Assembly (NCBI GenBank): GCA_023248955.1
Contig: JAHFDP010000020.1
Span: 1 to 54,451, forward strand
Direction of reading: 5' to 3'
Length of the DNA stretch: 54,451 bases
Source of the DNA: Deltaproteobacteria bacterium
GTDB taxonomy: Bacteria > Myxococcota > Myxococcia > Myxococcales > JAHFDP01
This document shows positions 44,944 through 53,443 of this stretch, in pieces (positions within the stretch are counted from its first letter, which is position 1; the number at the start of each line of letters is the position of its first letter). The translations under genes and the position numbers were made by a program. Below the pieces are notes generated by a model. That model was not told the origin of the DNA. It saw nothing but the letters and a program-made list of their open reading frames with translations, and searched no databases.

Positions 44944-45825
44944 ATGACAGCAAAGGAATTGCAGCAGCTCCCGCTCGACGAATTGCGACGGCGTTTTTTG
45001 GGTTCCACTTCCGGGTCTCTTCCGCGTGGTGGGCTTGCTGCGCTCCGAGCGGATGAGCGCCAAGGCGCGCGCGCGCTGGCGGAGCGCATTGCCAGATCGG
45101 GACGAGAGGCGCAGGCGGAGGGGCGGCGCTTGGCGAGACTTCTCGTGTTTGAGCAGTCGCTCTGGTCGCGAGGGATCAACCTCATCGCTGGTGTTGACGA
45201 GGCAGGGATGGCCCCATTGGCGGGACCAGTTGTCGCCGCCGCTGCGATCTTGCCGCCGGGTGTTCAGGGACTTGTCTCAATTAACGATTCGAAATTGCTG
45301 CTTCCCGAGGAGCGGGAAGATCTCGTTCCTCGGATTAAAAGCGTCTCCGTTGCCTGGGCGATTGGAATCGCGTCGGAGGCGGAAATTGATCGACTCAACA
45401 TTTATCACGCGGGGCTTTTGGCCATGCATCGCGCAGTGACTGGACTGTCTGTTTCGCCGCAACACCTGTTGGTGGATGCTCGAAAGGTTCCCGATATCTC
45501 GATGCCGCAGCAAGGAATCGTCAAGGGCGATACCAAGAGCATGTCGATTGCCGCAGCCAGCATCTTGGCAAAGACCTACCGCGATCAGGTGATGCGGAAT
45601 CTTGACGTGAAGCATCCAGGGTACGGCTTTGCTCAACATAAGGGTTATCCGACTCCGGAGCATCTGGCGGCACTCTCGAGACTTGGTGCCTGCGACGTTC
45701 ACCGACGGTCGTTTGGCCCGGTTCGGGAAGCTCCACGTCTCGACGGAATTCAGCCGGACTTTACTTTTGAAAATCAATTTGGGGAGGCGACACCCAACGG
45801 CACCGCACTGCATTCATCGAGCTAA
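44944..45825 (+). CDS. rnhB: Ribonuclease HII with ~75-aa N-terminal extension
   Basis: 'IAGVDEAGMAPLAGPVVAAA' and 'DSKLL' of the RNase HII active site. Confidence 0.8.
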   Translation: MTAKELQQLPLDELRRRFLGSTSGSLPRGGLAALRADERQGARALAERIARSGREAQAEGRRLARLLVFEQSLWSRGINLIAGVDEAGMAPLAGPVVAAAAILPPGVQGLVSINDSKLLLPEEREDLVPRIKSVSVAWAIGIASEAEIDRLNIYHAGLLAMHRAVTGLSVSPQHLLVDARKVPDISMPQQGIVKGDTKSMSIAAASILAKTYRDQVMRNLDVKHPGYGFAQHKGYPTPEHLAALSRLGACDVHRRSFGPVREAPRLDGIQPDFTFENQFGEATPNGTALHSSS

Positions 45826-45877
45826 GAAGAAACTCGAACCCGTTTCCGGCGTCGGGGACCGCCGAAGGCCGGTGAAA

Positions 45878-46196
45878 ACTAAGCCGGAAATCCACAATTG
45901 CCGTTACCTACGACGGCCGATCGCGGCCCGTCTACTTCGGTGCTTGCCGCGCATATTGAAAGCGCGGCCGGCCCGATTGGTGGCGCTGGAAGCGCCCGAT
46001 CACATAGCGGGCTCCTCCGGTGCCTCCTCAGCGCACCGAAAAGTGCGCTTTAAGGGGGCTTGCTCGCCGCAAGCGGCCCCCCTCTGTCGCTGCGCGACAT
46101 CTCCCCCGGTACCGGGGGAGTCCCCTCGTCCGCGCCTCGCAGCCGAGCCACGCTCGGCCGTCTCGGTTCCACTGCAACTGTGGATTTCCGGCTAAG
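45878..46196 (-). mobile_element. MITE-like element copy B (intergenic, inverted relative to copy A)
   Basis: The reverse complement matches 31041-31357 over the full length, including both terminal inverted repeats. Lies between rnhB and hemW. Confidence 0.75.
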
Positions 46197-46206
46197 AATC
46201 CTATTC

Positions 46207-47391
46207 TTAGAAGAATTGCAGCGCGATTTCGCTGTGCAGATCGAGACCACGCTCGGTCAGCGCAAGTCGCTGGCCGTTCCACGATGCGAGCCCGCGCTCG
46301 ACGAGCGAGCCGATCGTTTTTTCGTGGCGCGCGCGCGCCGGAAGGCCCAATTCCTCCTCGAGCAGGGCGAGATCGATTCCCGCCACACGGCGTAAACCCG
46401 TCAGAAACCGCTCCCGCAGCAGTGCCTCGGCATCAAGCTCCTCGACGGTCGCCACGGCCAGCTCGGTGCGTCCAGACTCGATGGCCTCGAGGTAGCGCCC
46501 GACCGCTCGCTCGTTGATGGTGCGACGGCCGCGCGGAGTAATCGGATCGCGCCAGAGCCCAACGGCGCCGTTGCCCGCCTGCACGACATCGGCGCCTTCC
46601 CAATAAAGTGCGTTGTGCACAGCCGTGCGGCCCTCCTTCGCGAAATTGGAAATTTCGTAACGGACGATTCCGCCACGCGCGAGCTCCTCTCGTACCGCCG
46701 CGCCCATCTGCGCCTGCGTCTCCTCGTCGGGAAATTTGAGATCGCCGCGCTCCCAGGCCCGCGCCATCGGAACCGGCACCGCCAGCTCGGTTAACGTCAG
46801 CGCGTAACAGGAGATGTGCTCGGGAGAAAGCGCCACTGCCCGCGCCGCATCGGCCCGAGCATCGCCAACCGTTTGCGTGGTGTCACCGTGAATGAGATCG
46901 ATCGAGAGATTGTCAAAACCCGCCGCGCGCGCCTCGGACACAGCACGCGCGGCATCCGCTCCACTGTGCCGGCGCCCAAGCGCGACGAGTGAGGGTGAAG
47001 CAAACGACTGCACGCCAAGCGAGAGTCGGTTGACGCCCACCTCACGGTAAGCGCGAAGGCGAGCCGCATCGCAACTTTCGGGATTTGCCTCCAACGTGAT
47101 TTCCGCCGCGCGCCCGAGGCCAAAATGCGCGCGGCCGGCAGCGATCACGTGGGCAACGCACGCGGGCTCCCACAGACTCGGCGTCCCACCTCCAAAATAG
47201 AGCGAGACCGCTTCGCGCCCAGCGTAGAGCGCGGCCCGCGCGGCGAGTTCCTTGACCACGGCCGCCGCATAACGCTCGTGCGGAATGCGCGCAGCGACCG
47301 CCACGGCGAAATCGCAATACGGGCAAATATGCGAGCAGTAGGGGAAGTGGACGTAGATACCGAATGGACGCACGGCCGCCGAACCTAACAC
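46207..47391 (-). CDS. hemW: Radical-SAM heme chaperone HemW (HemN-like, oxygen-independent coproporphyrinogen oxidase family)
   Basis: 'YVHFPYCSHICPYCDF' is a CxxxCxxC radical-SAM motif, followed by 'GGGTPS'. Confidence 0.8.
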   Translation of the reverse strand: MLGSAAVRPFGIYVHFPYCSHICPYCDFAVAVAARIPHERYAAAVVKELAARAALYAGREAVSLYFGGGTPSLWEPACVAHVIAAGRAHFGLGRAAEITLEANPESCDAARLRAYREVGVNRLSLGVQSFASPSLVALGRRHSGADAARAVSEARAAGFDNLSIDLIHGDTTQTVGDARADAARAVALSPEHISCYALTLTELAVPVPMARAWERGDLKFPDEETQAQMGAAVREELARGGIVRYEISNFAKEGRTAVHNALYWEGADVVQAGNGAVGLWRDPITPRGRRTINERAVGRYLEAIESGRTELAVATVEELDAEALLRERFLTGLRRVAGIDLALLEEELGLPARARHEKTIGSLVERGLASWNGQRLALTERGLDLHSEIALQFF

Positions 47392-47473
47392 CGCAACCCA
47401 ATCCCGCCTGCCACGTTGACGTGTCCGAGAGACTGCGTTAGGTAGGCCAAGCTCCCGAAAACGCTTTTCGGTG

Positions 47474-47566
47474 GGAGAGGTGGCCGAGAGGCCGAAGGCG
47501 CTGGTTTGCTAAACCAGTATAGGGCCAAAAGCTCTATCGTGGGTTCGAATCCCACCCTCTCCGCCA
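47474..47566 (+). tRNA. tRNA-Ser (anticodon GCU), long variable arm
   Basis: GGAGAGG acceptor stem, anticodon loop tTGCTAa, long extra arm, TTCGAATCC T-loop, 3' CCA encoded. Confidence 0.85.
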
Positions 47567-47575
47567 GTACAAAAC

Positions 47576-47652
47576 GGACCTTTAGCTCAGTTGGATAGAG
47601 CGTCGGACTACGAATCCGAAGGCCGCAGGTTCGAATCCTGCAAGGTCCGCCA
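47576..47652 (+). tRNA. tRNA-Arg (anticodon ACG)
   Basis: GGACCTT acceptor, D-arm AGCTCAGTTGGATAGAGC, anticodon loop CTACGAA, GGTTCGAATCC T-arm, CCA. Confidence 0.9.
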
Positions 47653-47699
47653 TTTCAATCCCCGACAACGATTGCCGATTTCCGAGGGCACTGTTCGCC

Positions 47700-47905
47700 A
47701 ACTGGACGGGGATCCCAGTCGTCGGTGACACAGCGGTGCTATGGCGCGCAAGTTTGCCGGTGGCCGGAAGCGTGTTGACGGCTGCGCGAAGGTCCTCCAC
47801 GTCGAGGTGCCCGTAGGTCGACGTGGTGGTGCGCATGTCCGCGTGACGAAGGATTCGCTGGACGTAGTGGGGATTGGTTCCGTTGCGCTGATAGACGCTC
47901 GCCAT
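47700..47905 (-). pseudogene. Tyrosine-integrase C-terminal remnant
   Basis: 'VYQRNGTNPHYVQRILRHADMRTTTSTYGHLDVEDLRAAV' carries the R..H..Y catalytic tail only. A TAG stop and the Xis gene lie immediately upstream. The rest of the ORF is antisense tRNA read-through. Confidence 0.6.
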
Positions 47906-47911
47906 GTCGAC

Positions 47912-48142
47912 CTATCTTACCACTGCGGAAAGTGGCGCCAGGCTTGGCTGCCATTCGCCACGAACATAGGCGCGGATGGCGGCGGGCTCGAAGCGCAGCA
48001 TCGCGCCGACCTTGAAGCAGGGAAGAATTCCGGCCTCGGCGCGCTGGTAGACCCAAGAGCGCGAGCAGTTGAGAAAAGCAGCGACCGCGGCAACGGTCCA
48101 AAGCGTTTCATCGGACTGCGGGACAGACGGAATGACGCTCAT
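47912..48142 (-). CDS. AlpA/excisionase-type helix-turn-helix protein
   Basis: 'WTVAAVAAFLNCSRSWVYQRAEAGILPCFKVGAMLRFEPAAIRAYV' fits the Xis/AlpA pattern (LT..E.A..L.VS..T.Y.....G.LP..K.G...RF...). Confidence 0.6.
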   Translation of the reverse strand: MSVIPSVPQSDETLWTVAAVAAFLNCSRSWVYQRAEAGILPCFKVGAMLRFEPAAIRAYVRGEWQPSLAPLSAVVR

Positions 48143-49341
48143 GCAAGCCTCCGGAGGCCCTTGCGGGCGAGTAGATCGACGAAAAACGTGCGCTCTGTTT
48201 CAGAGGGATAGGCGGGAACTGGGAGTCCCCTTTCGCGAGCGTCCGCGCGAATGTCTTTCAACCTGTCGTAGATGCCGGCGGAGAATTTCAGAGCGCGAAT
48301 GGCCTCATCGTCGGTGAGAAAACCGGTCCGTTCTTGCACGACGACAGGTGTGCTCGCGGGTTTGGCCACCGCATTTCGGAGGCCAAGGAAGCCGGAAAAA
48401 ATCGCTGGTGCTTCCTCGAACGTCATCGCGTGAGCACGGAGATCGAACCGCGACGAAAACTCGCTCGCCTGCCCGTCTTCCTTGCGCCACTCTTCGATGG
48501 TGCGCCGCACCGAATCCCGGCGTGCCGCCGTGGGAACGGTGAAGACAAGTTCGCCCGGAAAGCCATCGGGAAACGCCTGCTGATAGAAGGTCGTTCGCGT
48601 CGACCCGTCCGCGTAGCTTCTGTAGAATTCCGAGTAGCGACGCAATTTCGAAAGCGTCGAGCCAGATTTTTCGTCGGCGTTTGAAAGCGAGTGACCGCCC
48701 ATTTCGCACTCGATGAACCAGCGTCGGCGGACAGGCGCGCTCTCCAAAATGGCATCGGGTTCGATGCGCTTGTTCTGAACGGCGCCAAGTTTGCGGTCGT
48801 ATTGTTTCCACGGAAGACGAGACGACTCTGACGTCGTCCAACGAAAAGATTGGTGCACGGGCGCCGCATCGGTTTTTCCATCGCCGCCGCGCGCCGCAGT
48901 TGCCAGCGCGACGTACAAATCGCTCAGCGCGATCGCATGCTCGAGCAGTTGGTACCCAACATCGTCGGACGGAATTTTCACGTCGCGCCCGAGGACCCGG
49001 GAGGCCGCTTCGTATCCCATCTCCGCCAACCGCCAGACCGCGAGGGGCGTGCCGTAATAGGTGCGATATTTCAGGGCCGCCACGAACGGTCCACGGGCGG
49101 GCGGCACCGACAAAACTTCGAGCCGCCGCCGGACTACGCGATCGGAACGGCATGGAAAGACGAGGCGGGCGATTTGGCTGGAGGTCAGGTAACGCGCCAC
49201 GGCGAGGTGCCCCAACAGGACCAGATCTCGTTTTGTAATTCTCGACGCCTTTTTCGCTCTCTCCTTTGACGCTTCTATCGCTTCACTCGGCGCCGCCCAC
49301 ACTTCTCCGTTGACCCTTGTTCCGTCCTCGTCCTTCGACAT
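48139..49341 (-). CDS. Replication-relaxation (Replic_Relax-like) family protein
   Basis: N-terminal winged-HTH 'LTSSQIARLVFP.RSDRVVRRRLEVL' typical of the family. Long purine-rich leader with AAGGAGGA SD. Confidence 0.5.
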   Translation of the reverse strand: MSKDEDGTRVNGEVWAAPSEAIEASKERAKKASRITKRDLVLLGHLAVARYLTSSQIARLVFPCRSDRVVRRRLEVLSVPPARGPFVAALKYRTYYGTPLAVWRLAEMGYEAASRVLGRDVKIPSDDVGYQLLEHAIALSDLYVALATAARGGDGKTDAAPVHQSFRWTTSESSRLPWKQYDRKLGAVQNKRIEPDAILESAPVRRRWFIECEMGGHSLSNADEKSGSTLSKLRRYSEFYRSYADGSTRTTFYQQAFPDGFPGELVFTVPTAARRDSVRRTIEEWRKEDGQASEFSSRFDLRAHAMTFEEAPAIFSGFLGLRNAVAKPASTPVVVQERTGFLTDDEAIRALKFSAGIYDRLKDIRADARERGLPVPAYPSETERTFFVDLLARKGLRRLA

Positions 49342-49594
49342 AGCCGCTCCTCCTTTCCGTCGGACTCCGCTCCAGCTAGTTCGCCTCGCCCCCTACGATT
49401 CGCCTCCGTCCTCGTTTTCTCGGCTCTTGCTCTTCCGTTCTTCTTGTCTCTTTCAACCCCACTGAAACCACATCATATAATTTTCATTTGTAATCTAATT
49501 CAATTCTACTTCAAGTCAATATTGAATCTTGAGCACTCCCGTCAACCACCTCCAACCAGGTCCCATCTCTTCAATCCAAACCCTGCCTTGGGAT

Positions 49595-49650
49595 CATTTA
49601 CCCCTGACCCCTCTCTCGTCGTTGGGAGAGAGGGGTCAGGGGTAAATGAG
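49595..49650. promoter_or_regulatory. Perfect palindrome with 20-bp arms (TTACCCCTGACCCCTCTCTC-n8-GAGAGAGGGGTCAGGGGTAA) in divergent AT-rich intergenic region
   Basis: Read directly from the sequence. Lies between the divergently oriented Replic_Relax and metalloprotease genes, next to a ~100-bp AT-rich stretch. Confidence 0.5.
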
Positions 49651-49989
49651 ACCGACGAAGTGCGCAGCGGCTACAGTCGACGAAGGACCTGGTTGCCAGC
49701 GGAGAGCGAGGTTTGCGCGCGGGAGATTGATCCGCCGAAGGCAATCGGACCTGTCCGGCCGCCTATTCCAGTGATCCGAAGAATCTAACGGATATGTAAA
49801 CGGATATTTGTAACGCTGACTTCGGATCACCCAGCGACAGCGTTGACGCTGGAAATTTTGGAATGGCGAACAACAAAACTCGGCGAGCTTATTCTTCTCG
49901 GCCTGTTTTCCTCGACGTACGAGATACGACAGTGGGTCCGTTTGAAACCACACCGACCATCCACCCTCGCCAAAAAGCAAGCGGCCGCC

Positions 49990-50150
49990 TGTGTTACCAC
50001 CCGCTTCAGTAAATGGGCCGGTCCTCCCTCGCTTTCCTTCTGCCTTTGGTATTCGCCGCCTCGAGAGCCGGCGAATCGCGAGCCGCGGCCCGCTTCGGTG
50101 AACACCCCGGCCAGCCAAAACGTGGCCGAGCGCCTCCGAGTGATCTACTG
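49990..50150. repeat. ~160-bp direct repeat (copy 1); copy 2 at 54297-54451
   Basis: About 90% identical. Covers the upstream region, start codon and signal-peptide coding region of two paralogous genes. Confidence 0.75.
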
Positions 50151-50993
50151 GTCCGAGATGATTTTGCGTATTCGGGTCGAGCCGAACATCGATTCCGGAC
50201 GAAGCCGATCACCAATTCCGACGCATTTTTGCTCCGAAGCAAATCGAGCGAAGGTAGCGAACTCCAGAAACCAATCCGCGTCATCCCGACGCGAGAGCGG
50301 CGCGAGAAGATAAAGCGGGGCTCCAACGCGCCTCCGCCGCCACCCAGCGGCGTCGCTGCCCGATCTACGGAGTGGGGCAAACCCGATCCCGCGAGGCTAT
50401 CGCTCACGCGGAAGATGGTTGCCGCCCGAGGAACCGCCGACCACAAGGACGCTGAGTTGGTGGCGCACGAGATCGCGCGATTTCCTGAACCGATCCTTCA
50501 ACGATTGGCCGCACAGGGAACGCGGGTAATTGCGGTCCGCGACTCGACCACTGAGTATCATACGCATTTACGCGGAGTTCGCCCTCGCGGATGGCCACCG
50601 GACGCTACCTGGGACTCGGTTCCCGGAACCGGGGACCAGCACGCCCTCGTCATTGCGACGAGGGGCCACGGAACCCCGGTCGGAGCACACACTCCCCATT
50701 TCGGAGATGGCCACGGAAGCTTCTCGATGCCTTTGCATGAGACGCTTCACTCGATCGATCGTGGGAACGGAAGCAAGTTTTCGCATGACGAAGGTTTCGC
50801 GGTGGCGAGGACTGCCGACCTAGCGGCTTTGGATTCGTATTTGCAGCAACCAGGAGCGGCCGGATTGGAGGAGACTTTTGCCGAGACTGGAGCACGCTTC
50901 TTTGCCGGCGATCCGACCCTCGAGCACGCGTGCCCCAACCTCTATCGGTTCTGGAAGGAAGATCCGCTTGGGCTGTGGCGAAACGCGAGATGA
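50013..50993 (+). CDS. Secreted HExxH zinc-metallopeptidase-like protein (effector/toxin-like)
   Basis: Signal peptide MGRSSLAFLLPLVFAASRA. 'HETLHSIDRG' (HExxH) with Glu/Asp downstream ('SKFSHDEGF'). Poly-Pro 'NAPPPPPSG'. Confidence 0.5.
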   Translation: MGRSSLAFLLPLVFAASRAGESRAAARFGEHPGQPKRGRAPPSDLLVRDDFAYSGRAEHRFRTKPITNSDAFLLRSKSSEGSELQKPIRVIPTRERREKIKRGSNAPPPPPSGVAARSTEWGKPDPARLSLTRKMVAARGTADHKDAELVAHEIARFPEPILQRLAAQGTRVIAVRDSTTEYHTHLRGVRPRGWPPDATWDSVPGTGDQHALVIATRGHGTPVGAHTPHFGDGHGSFSMPLHETLHSIDRGNGSKFSHDEGFAVARTADLAALDSYLQQPGAAGLEETFAETGARFFAGDPTLEHACPNLYRFWKEDPLGLWRNAR

Positions 50994-50994
50994 C

Positions 50995-51312
50995 ATGCGG
51001 AGAATAGTTGTCACAGTCGCTTTCGTCGGATCGCTTGGATGCAAGACGCCGATCGCGCACACTCCTCGCCCCCCATCAAAATCCGATTTGCCTGTGAACG
51101 AGAGGACCATGGAGAACATTGGAACCGCGACTATGGAAAGCGACGGGACCATTGTCCTTCGACTGCGCGCAGAGGATGGCAACGGAATGGTCGGCCAAGG
51201 CCGAATCACGTACCCGCCGACGCACAAATCCTATCAGGACGTGCTCCGCCATTTAGGCGGATTGAAAAAGGGAGAGGAAAAGCCCGTTCCTCCATGGCCC
51301 GATTTGCCATGA
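50995..51312 (+). CDS. Small lipoprotein (105 aa) abutting the metallopeptidase; possible cognate inhibitor/immunity protein
   Basis: 'MRRIVVTVAFVGSLGC' is an SPII lipobox. Its ATG lies 1 nt after the upstream TGA. Confidence 0.45.
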   Translation: MRRIVVTVAFVGSLGCKTPIAHTPRPPSKSDLPVNERTMENIGTATMESDGTIVLRLRAEDGNGMVGQGRITYPPTHKSYQDVLRHLGGLKKGEEKPVPPWPDLP

Positions 51313-51502
51313 GCCACCGGATTCGCCAGCCGAGAGGAGGTCGACCGGCACGTGTCCGCGACCTTCTCGGCCGGTTTCGCAGCGGGCACGCTCGTGAAGC
51401 CGGATGGCTCTCAGCTCCCATTTCCGCGTCCGATGGTCAGGACTTCGGCTGGCTCGGGTAGGTGCTGGCCTCATCGATGTTCGGCCTTCCGTCTCGATGC
51501 AA

Positions 51503-51790
51503 CTACGCTGGATCGAAATGCAGCTTCACGTTCACCGAATCTAAAACGGATAAGAACGTGTCCAGTCGCGGATTTCCATTCTTGGACAGCGCCTTGTAGA
51601 GGCTCTCCCGACCGCGCGCCGCGCGCTTGGCGACCTGCGCCACGCCCCTGGCCCGCGCGATGTCCCGCAGCGCCAAGAGCAATTCCGATTTGCCTTCCGC
51701 GAAGGCCGCGGTGAGGTACTCCGCGGCGAATTCCGGATCGCCAAGTCGTGCGTCGAGTCCCTCGGTGTACGCTTTGACTTTCCGTTTCAT
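51503..51790 (-). CDS. HigA/TIGR02684-type addiction-module antidote (HTH) protein
   Basis: 'DPEFAAEYLTAAFAEGKSELLLALRDIARARGVAQVAKRAARGRESLYKALSKNGNPRLDTFLSVLDSVNVKL'. Confidence 0.7.
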   Translation of the reverse strand: MKRKVKAYTEGLDARLGDPEFAAEYLTAAFAEGKSELLLALRDIARARGVAQVAKRAARGRESLYKALSKNGNPRLDTFLSVLDSVNVKLHFDPA

Positions 51791-52149
51791 CATTCGCTCC
51801 CTTGGTATTCGATCCAATATTCTTTCGCCCGCCTGATATCGGCCGCCTGGGATTTCTTGCTACCGCCAGCGAGTAGGACAACCAGCCGCTCTCCATCGTG
51901 CGCGAAATAGATCCGGTACCCAGGTCCGTGGTCTACCCGCAGTTCGTGAACGCCTCCGCCGACCGGCTTGGCATCGCCAAAATTTCCCGAACGAACCCGC
52001 AGAAGCCTTGCGTCGATGCGCGCTCGAGTCTTCGTGTCCTTCAACCCCATCAGCCAAGCGCGAAACGGGACCTTTCCGTTGGTGTCGACGAATTCGACAA
52101 GTTCTCGTTCGGTGATCACGTTCAAGTTGTATCCAAAAAGATACAACAC
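51790..52149 (-). CDS. RelE/ParE-superfamily (TIGR02683 'addiction module killer') toxin
   Basis: 'FRAWLMGLKDTKTRARIDARLLRVRSGNFGDAKPVGGGVHELRVDHGPGYRIYFAHDGERLVVLLAGGSKKSQ..DIRRAKE'. True start probably internal. Confidence 0.7.
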   Translation of the reverse strand: MLYLFGYNLNVITERELVEFVDTNGKVPFRAWLMGLKDTKTRARIDARLLRVRSGNFGDAKPVGGGVHELRVDHGPGYRIYFAHDGERLVVLLAGGSKKSQAADIRRAKEYWIEYQGSE

Positions 52150-52434
52150 GTCAAGCGTTTTGCTGTCTTGCTTTGGGGGCTATACGCGGTGCGTTTTTCA
52201 TCGGCAATGCTGCCGGAGTCGGCGAGAGCAACCCCGAATCGAATTCGACGCCCGCACGTGTTGTCAGCTCGCGTGTTCGCACGGTCCGTACACCGTCGCC
52301 GCCGGCACCCCAAGCCACGACGCCATGGTGAGCCTGTCGCGCGCGCGCCATTGATTGAGATGATCAAGACCAGGGGCGGCGGCTCGCTGGCTGCCGCACT
52401 GGCGATTGCGCCCACACTGCGGCATGATGTCGAC

Positions 52435-52713
52435 ATGACTCGTCCAAGCGTTGTCATCGCCTGGAACCGTCGCGCCAACGCCTACGTCGCTCGAATGACG
52501 ACGCGCGCCGGAGAGCTCGCACGTGGGGCGACGCTGTCGGAGACCGCTCGCAAGCTTGCCGAAGCTATCGACCCGGCGGTCCAGCTTGATGCGGTCTTTC
52601 GCAAGGTCGCGGCGTTCCAGAAGGCGCACAAGGTCAAGCCGCTCTCGATGAAGGAGATCGACGCGGAGATCAAGATTTACCGCGAAGAGCGCGCTCGGCG
52701 CCGCCGCGCGTGA
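52435..52713 (+). CDS. HicB-like (UPF0150 fold) antitoxin partner of the PIN toxin
   Basis: 'PSVVIAWNRRANAYVARMTTRAGELARGATLSETARKLAEAI'. Stop overlaps the vapC start. Alternative start at 52360. Confidence 0.45.
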   Translation: MTRPSVVIAWNRRANAYVARMTTRAGELARGATLSETARKLAEAIDPAVQLDAVFRKVAAFQKAHKVKPLSMKEIDAEIKIYREERARRRRA

Positions 52714-53129
52714 GGCTCGTTTTCGACACCAACGTTCTCGTGTCGGCGCTCATCACACCGAAGGGGACAGCGCGCCGATCAATCGACGCCGCTATCCACT
52801 CAACGGCCATCGTTCTCTACGATGAGCGAATTCTCCTCGAGTACGCGGAAGTCACGACCCGTGCGAAGTTTCGCGGAAAGTATCCGCCGAATGCACCGCG
52901 CGAACTCCTGCTCGCGTTGCTGGCACGAAGCGAGTCAGTTGTCGGATCGCCAAGCGACCTGGTATTGCCGGATCCAACGGACGCGCCGTTCCTGGAAGTT
53001 GCAATTGCTGGCCAGGCCGACGCAATCGTCACGGGAAACGCCAAGCATTATCCGGCCAGCTCGGGGGTTCCCATTTTCTCGCCGCAGGACCTCGTGCGGC
53101 GTCTGCACCAACAGCGTCCAGATCGCTGA
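52710..53129 (+). CDS. vapC: PIN-domain toxin (VapC-like)
   Basis: 'MRLVFDTNVLVSALI', acidic residues in 'YDERIL', and 'AIVTGNAKHY'. Confidence 0.8.
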   Translation: MRLVFDTNVLVSALITPKGTARRSIDAAIHSTAIVLYDERILLEYAEVTTRAKFRGKYPPNAPRELLLALLARSESVVGSPSDLVLPDPTDAPFLEVAIAGQADAIVTGNAKHYPASSGVPIFSPQDLVRRLHQQRPDR

Positions 53130-53144
53130 GTGACGGTTATTGGC

Positions 53145-53313
53145 TCACCTGCGCCGAACAAATTCCGACAGCGCACCCGGCTCAACCCGAATCGAATTCG
53201 ACACCCGCACGTGCTTGAGCTCACCTCGCTCGCACAGTCCGTACACCATCGCCGTCGACACCCCAATCCACGCCGCCACCTCGCGTACATTTAATAGACG
53301 CGAACCAAAATTC
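53145..53313 (-). CDS. Second AlpA-type HTH gene (short)
   Basis: Hand translation of the minus strand: 'REVAAWIGVSTAMVYGLCERGELKHVRVSNSIRVEPGALSEFVRRR*'. A degraded copy of the same ~100-bp segment lies at 52225-52325. Start uncertain. Confidence 0.4.
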
Positions 53314-53443
53314 GGTGACACAGCGGTGCTATGAAATATGAAAACCGGCGCTAACGGTCCACTGAATGTAATTTAGCGGAATCGGTTTCCGCAATACTTC
53401 CCATAGCTTGCGAAGCCTCGTCACTCGCTGCGAATCCATTTCC

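Noticed and set aside
47582-47905. Treating the whole 107-aa minus-strand ORF as an integrase gene
   Set aside because: Its last ~40 codons are simply the antisense of tRNA-Arg, and a TAG precedes the first Met. Only residues matching the integrase C-terminal catalytic tail were retained as a pseudogene remnant.
49595-49650. Palindrome considered as a rho-independent terminator
   Set aside because: No U-tract follows on either strand, and it lies upstream (5') of both divergent genes. It is more consistent with an operator or cruciform site.
51898-52713. 271-aa plus-strand ORF spanning the relE/higA pair
   Set aside because: Its 5' two-thirds run antisense through the well-supported toxin and antidote genes. 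Only the 3' ~280 nt (52435-52713), which abut vapC, were kept as the HicB-like antitoxin.
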